This document shows positions 58,935 through 64,000 of a DNA stretch of 64,000 nucleotides, in pieces. Both the position numbers and the translations under genes were made by a program. The DNA lies in the NCBI RefSeq assembly GCF_009914755.1, contig NC_060925.1; one strand, written 5' to 3'. Positions within the stretch are counted from its first letter, which is position 1, and every line of letters starts with the position of its first letter. The notes beneath the pieces are model-generated. The model saw only the letters and a list, made by a program, of their open reading frames with translations. It was not told the DNA's origin and made no database searches. Origin of the DNA: the human T2T-CHM13v2.0 reference genome, Homo sapiens.

Positions 58935-59475
58935 TATTTATTTATTTTTATTTTAATTTCAATTTTTCTTTTAGATTTACTGCAGGTTTGTTACAAGGGT
59001 ATAATGCATGATCATGCTGCCCAAATAGTGAACATAGTATGCGATAGGACATTTTTCAGCCTGCCTCCTCCCTTCCTCCCTCCTTTCAGAGTCCCCGGCA
59101 TCTCTTGTTCCCCTCTTTATGCCCATGAGTGTCCAAGATTTAGCTCCTACTGAAGTGAGAACATGTGATTTTGGGTTTTCTGTCATTAATCTTCTTAGAA
59201 TAATGGCTTGCAGCTGCATCCATGTTGGTGCAAAGAACATGATTTCATTCTTTTTTATGGCTACATAGTATTTCATGGTGTACACGTACTACATTTTAAA
59301 AATCCAATCCATCATTGATGGGCACCTAGGTTGATTCCGTGTCTTTGCTATCATGAACATTACTGCAGTGAACATGTGAGTGTATGTGTCTTTTTGATAG
59401 AACAATTTCTTTTTCTGTGGGTGTATATCTAGTAATGGAATTGCTGGGTCAAATTGTAGTTCTATTTTTAGTGTA
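58935..59475 (-). mobile_element. L1PA/PB 3' fragment
   Basis: Minus-strand ORF YTMKYYVAIKKNEIMFF is the L1 ORF2 C-terminus. Confidence 0.88.
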
Positions 59476-61639
59476 AACAGCTTATTTAAAAGGAGAAAAG
59501 TCTTCTGTTAATTCTCATTTTATGCCTTTTCATTTTAGAAAGTGATTTTACATACATGACCTAATACTGGTCCTCACAACAACCGTATAAGGTGGGCAGT
59601 ACAGATGCTATTAGCATCTTTTTTTTAATAAATGAGAAAAATAAGATTCTAAGAAGTCAAGTGGCCTGTCTAGGATGAACTGAATTATACCCAGATCTTC
59701 AAGGTTCCTTCTATTAAATCAACATTATATAATACAATACAACATTAACTCTGAAAGATTTATTAAAACTAATGAGTAAAAAAAAAATCCCAAGCATTTC
59801 TTTGATTCTACTACTATATTCATAGTTTTAAAAAGTGGTTTATTAAGTATAGATAAATTAAGCCAGAAAATTAGATCTTCAGATCACTAAATTTGGTGAG
59901 TTGTTCTTTTCCTCAGTTACATGAGGGAATGAGCAAGTGTAGGAAATCCATGCAGCAGTAGCTGTGTGTCTTTGTTCCACAGATCCAGGAGGTGGAAATA
60001 AGAATAGTATTTTAGATCATGGTAGTTAAAAATCCTTTCCTGCATTCAAATCAGGAAGAGAGGAAAAGGAAGGGGACTAATATTTGAGTGTCCACGATCT
60101 GCAGGTGAGTGCCACACATGTTTTTACACCGGAATGAGGGGGCTCTGGCAGTGATAATCTTGGACTGCTCAGCATTCTTCCCATCCTCCATCTCTATGCA
60201 AACTCCTGCCACACACATCTGGTGCCAGGACGTCCCTGGTCCCAACCATGAGGAGCAAAGCCCAGTCAATGAGGGCCCTTCCCTGGATATTTCCACTGAA
60301 GCGGACAGCGATAACCCCATCTTGCATACTAGGTTATGGATCTGGAAGAATCAGAATCTTAGGCCTTTATGGTCATGATCTCTGCCACATGGAAATAGCC
60401 TGTCCTTTGTAGGAGAGGATAAAACCAAACAGGAACAAGTAGGGATGGGTCATGGTGGAGGCAGGGGGGATGTGGAGAGAAACAGGCATTCAGACACAAA
60501 TACTCTCCTGGAAAGCCAGAGTACCTGAAGCCAAATGCCCCTGGGCTAGCACCACAGTCACACAGCCACTATTCTGTGGTTTGCTTTTGGTCACCAATAA
60601 ATTTCCTTTTTTGTTGTTGTTCAAGTGAATTTGAGTTTTAGTTCTCATGGCTGTAAACTGAGAAGTCCTAACTAATATAGTAGTAGTGTCTCTGTTTTTT
60701 TTGCTTGTTTGTTTGTTTTTACCAAAGGGGAAACAGAGGATCAGAGGATTAAATAACTTGTCCAACAAACTATAATGAGGGTCAGGGCTAGAATGTGGAC
60801 CTAAGTGTGTTGGAACCACAAGGAACATGCTCCTTTTACTACTCCGGGTGTCCCAAGCCCATTCGTGAATCACCGTCTGCTGGGCTGCTTTTGGAAGAAT
60901 AGAGATTTCCAGGGCACATGCCAGTAAAGCCCTATTCCTGACCAAAACAGAATCAGAATATCTGGGAATGGAACTCAGTGATCAGTGTTTTTATGTATTT
61001 ATTCCCTTTGATCACTATTCTCTGCAGAGGCAAGCATTCCAGTAGTTTGGTATAGTTTTTGTTCATATCCTTGCCGTATGTGTACTACTGCTTTGTGTGT
61101 ATGCATGTATCAGTCTAATAAGTACTAATTTGTTGCTCATACTATTATTATTAATAGTAAATATGGTATGGAGTTTATCATGAGCTGGACACTGTGCTAA
61201 GCATTTTACATACATTAACTAATTTAATTCTCACAGCCCTGTGATGTATATAGCATTATTTCCCCTTTACAGAAGAGAAATAGGAAGAGATAAAGGGTTT
61301 AAATAATGTGCCCAGTGTCACATAGCTATTACACAAGGAGCCCGGATGTGAACCCAGGTAGAGCCTGTACTCTTAGCTCTGCTCTATACTAGACTGCCTC
61401 CCATAAAACATGCAGATGATTATTCCACTGAGCCTACCCTCCAGGGATCAGGATAATGGGGGAGGGAGTCCTTGAGGGTCTTGGAGCAGTGGCTGATTAC
61501 CAGCTGACACAGAGGTCCTTTAGTATTTGAACAACTGGTACAATCCAACTATTGCATTCGTCTGAATATTACTGCTGGACCTGAGCCGAGTGAAGAACCA
61601 GTAGTGGTTCCTTGTTACCATGCTGAGGAAGGTGGATTA

Positions 61640-62080
61640 TTTCTTCACAATTATTTATTTCCCCATTGAGGATGGCTTCCCTGTAGGTGGAAGATATTTC
61701 TGCTCCATTGACTCTGAGCTTGGCTACGGCACTTGCTTTAACCAACAAATGTGTCTGTGGATGGCAGTGTGTGCCAGGCTGAGCAGAGGCTGTGAGGGGT
61801 AGCATGTGCTTCTGCTGGACTCTCTTGAGCTTTGACCTTCTGCTGTGAGGATGGCTTGCCTGACGTGGTGGCTCCTTGGCTCCTACAGTGTGGCATTCTT
61901 GGAATACACCTGAACATTACCTGCAGCCGGAGGTGTGCTGGTGAATGGTTAACAACTACCTTTCCCAGGGTAAACTGCCCTGGTTTGTACCAGTCTGGGG
62001 CAGAGCTGCCATGGACATCCACAGGCCCTCAGACTGGTTGTTTTAAGCCACTACAGGATTTGGCAGTGCTTCCATGCAGT
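61640..62080. mobile_element. MaLR (MLT1-like) LTR remnant
   Basis: cttggctacggcacttgcttta...tgtgccaggctgag...ttgttttaagccacta motifs. Confidence 0.55.
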
Positions 62081-62262
62081 ATTATCACAGTCAGCACTGA
62101 ACCCATGTTTTATTTTGCAAGTCCACACCTTCTCTAGCTGACTCTATTGTATTTTCCAGACATCATCTTGTATTATTACCAAATAAAAACTCTCTTATTT
62201 ACTTACACTGATTTCCTGTTCATTTCTCCCTTCAAGCTTTTGAACACATTCATTTTATTTTA

Positions 62263-62612
<350 letters not shown>

Positions 62613-62979
62613 TCAGGAATGTAGTGTAACATAATATAGAGAATTAAGAGTCTTAAAACTCATTCTAGCCCTAGCTCAGTCACAAATTTGCTGTATGATT
62701 TTTAGATGTCACTTGACTTCTCCAGGTTTCAGTTTCCTTAAGTAAAATGAGGGTTGTTGTAGGTGATTCACCTCTTAAATCTTAAAATCTATGAAATTCT
62801 GTTTATTTTTCAAGACCATTCCTCCCATAAAGCTTTCTCCACTGCTTTGTGTTAATTCCTTCCTACTCTGAGTTTCTTTAAACTTTTTATATCAAAATTT
62901 AATTTTCCATTTACAGTGGAGTCATATTATTGTCCCTTATCTCAAGTACCTCGGTATCTGGGGGTGCAGTAGGTGTTTC

Positions 62980-64000
62980 AAATAATTTATTTTTCCTCCT
63001 TCAAAGCTTTGTTTCTTTGAAGCTTGTGCCATCAGACTGTATTAGTTACTACTTCTCCAAGTGGTTGTCATTTACTGACCACTCTCGATCATTCCTTTTA
63101 TTCACTGGTGATTTTAACACCTGAGAGGGTCTCCCACTTTATCTTTCCTGATGACATCACCTGGATGATCCATCCAACACCCTGTCTTATCTGATTCTTG
63201 ATCACACCGTTTCTTCATCTTTTCCACCTCACAGAGTCTCATGGCCACATTTTTTACCTTGCCAACCCCGATCATTTTACCATTTTCAAAATCTGTTTCC
63301 AGTACCCTTTCTGGATTACCACCTCCTATTCTTCTAGCTTATTATTCTGTCATATCCAGCAGGCGATTATTTGACCTCACTGAGGTCTCTCACCAACACT
63401 TCACCTTACACAAGCAGTCCCTCCCTTCTTGTTTTGCTTTCCTGCTTATCTGGAATAGATCTGATGCTCTATCATTATATCCACTCCTTTGCAATCAGAC
63501 AGGAATTCCCTCATCCATCTTCCCCACACCAAACCTATCAACCTGCCTGCAAATGTATCCCTACTCTCTCTCTTCTCTCCTGTCACTATGGAGAAGGTGA
63601 CCTTATTCATATCTAAGGTTAATTCTGTCACTCAAGTTTTTCCCCAGATGCCATGTTCTTCCATCTTCTTTAGGACCTTGTGGTCTTGCACCTTAGGTGC
63701 CTCTTTCTCTGGCATCATCAAGTTCTCTCTGGCATGGAATTATCATCATTTGCAAATCAATAGGCTCTAGTATGCCTAATCTTTAGAAAAATATCTCTTC
63801 CTTGACTACATATTCCTCTTTTATATGCAATTCCATTTCTCTAGTCTTTTAAGCAAAACTCTAGGGTAAAGCTGTGTACATTTGTGCTGCCACTATTCTA
63901 TCTATTACCCACTTCACTTAGGCTTCAATCCCCTCCATGCTCTGAAACTGCCCTTGTTAAGTTCACCAGTGATTTTCATCTTGTTCAATCCCATCTTCCT
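62980..64000 (-). mobile_element. L2 remnant
   Basis: Pyrimidine-rich degenerate L2-like sequence. Confidence 0.55.

Noticed and set aside
60051-60945. Overlapping 89-151 aa ORFs and a plus-strand CAG|GTGAGT donor
   Set aside because: No coherent exon chain or homology that I recognise; inside a SPAG17 intron

Overview
Human (primate) genomic DNA, Alu/L1/L2/MIR-rich, recognisable as the chr1p12 GDAP2-WDR3-SPAG17 locus. Left: 5' part of GDAP2 on the minus strand (non-coding exon 1, then ATG exon and exon 3 of the macro-domain protein). It shares a CpG-island bidirectional promoter (~14.2-15.4 kb) with WDR3. WDR3 (UTP12/DIP2 homologue) is complete on the plus strand; I assembled 26 coding exons with GT-AG boundaries totalling 2832 nt (943 aa + stop). 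Right: the last five coding exons of SPAG17 on the minus strand, converging on and interleaving with WDR3. Most ORF-track entries are Alu/L1 artefacts or exon read-throughs. I see no wholly new gene system. The most notable architecture is at the SPAG17 3' end: (i) a U12-type AT-AC intron; (ii) a stop codon followed directly by two donors and an AATAAA; (iii) a probable last intron that spans WDR3 exons 23-27 and splices into the antisense strand of WDR3 coding exon 22. Other observations: uORFs in both promoter-sharing genes, a sense-oriented MER11 solo LTR upstream of the GDAP2 ATG exon, a perfect 33-bp AP-1-centred palindrome, and a structured candidate poison exon in WDR3 intron 15. Exon numbers and repeat family names are recalled, not database-checked.
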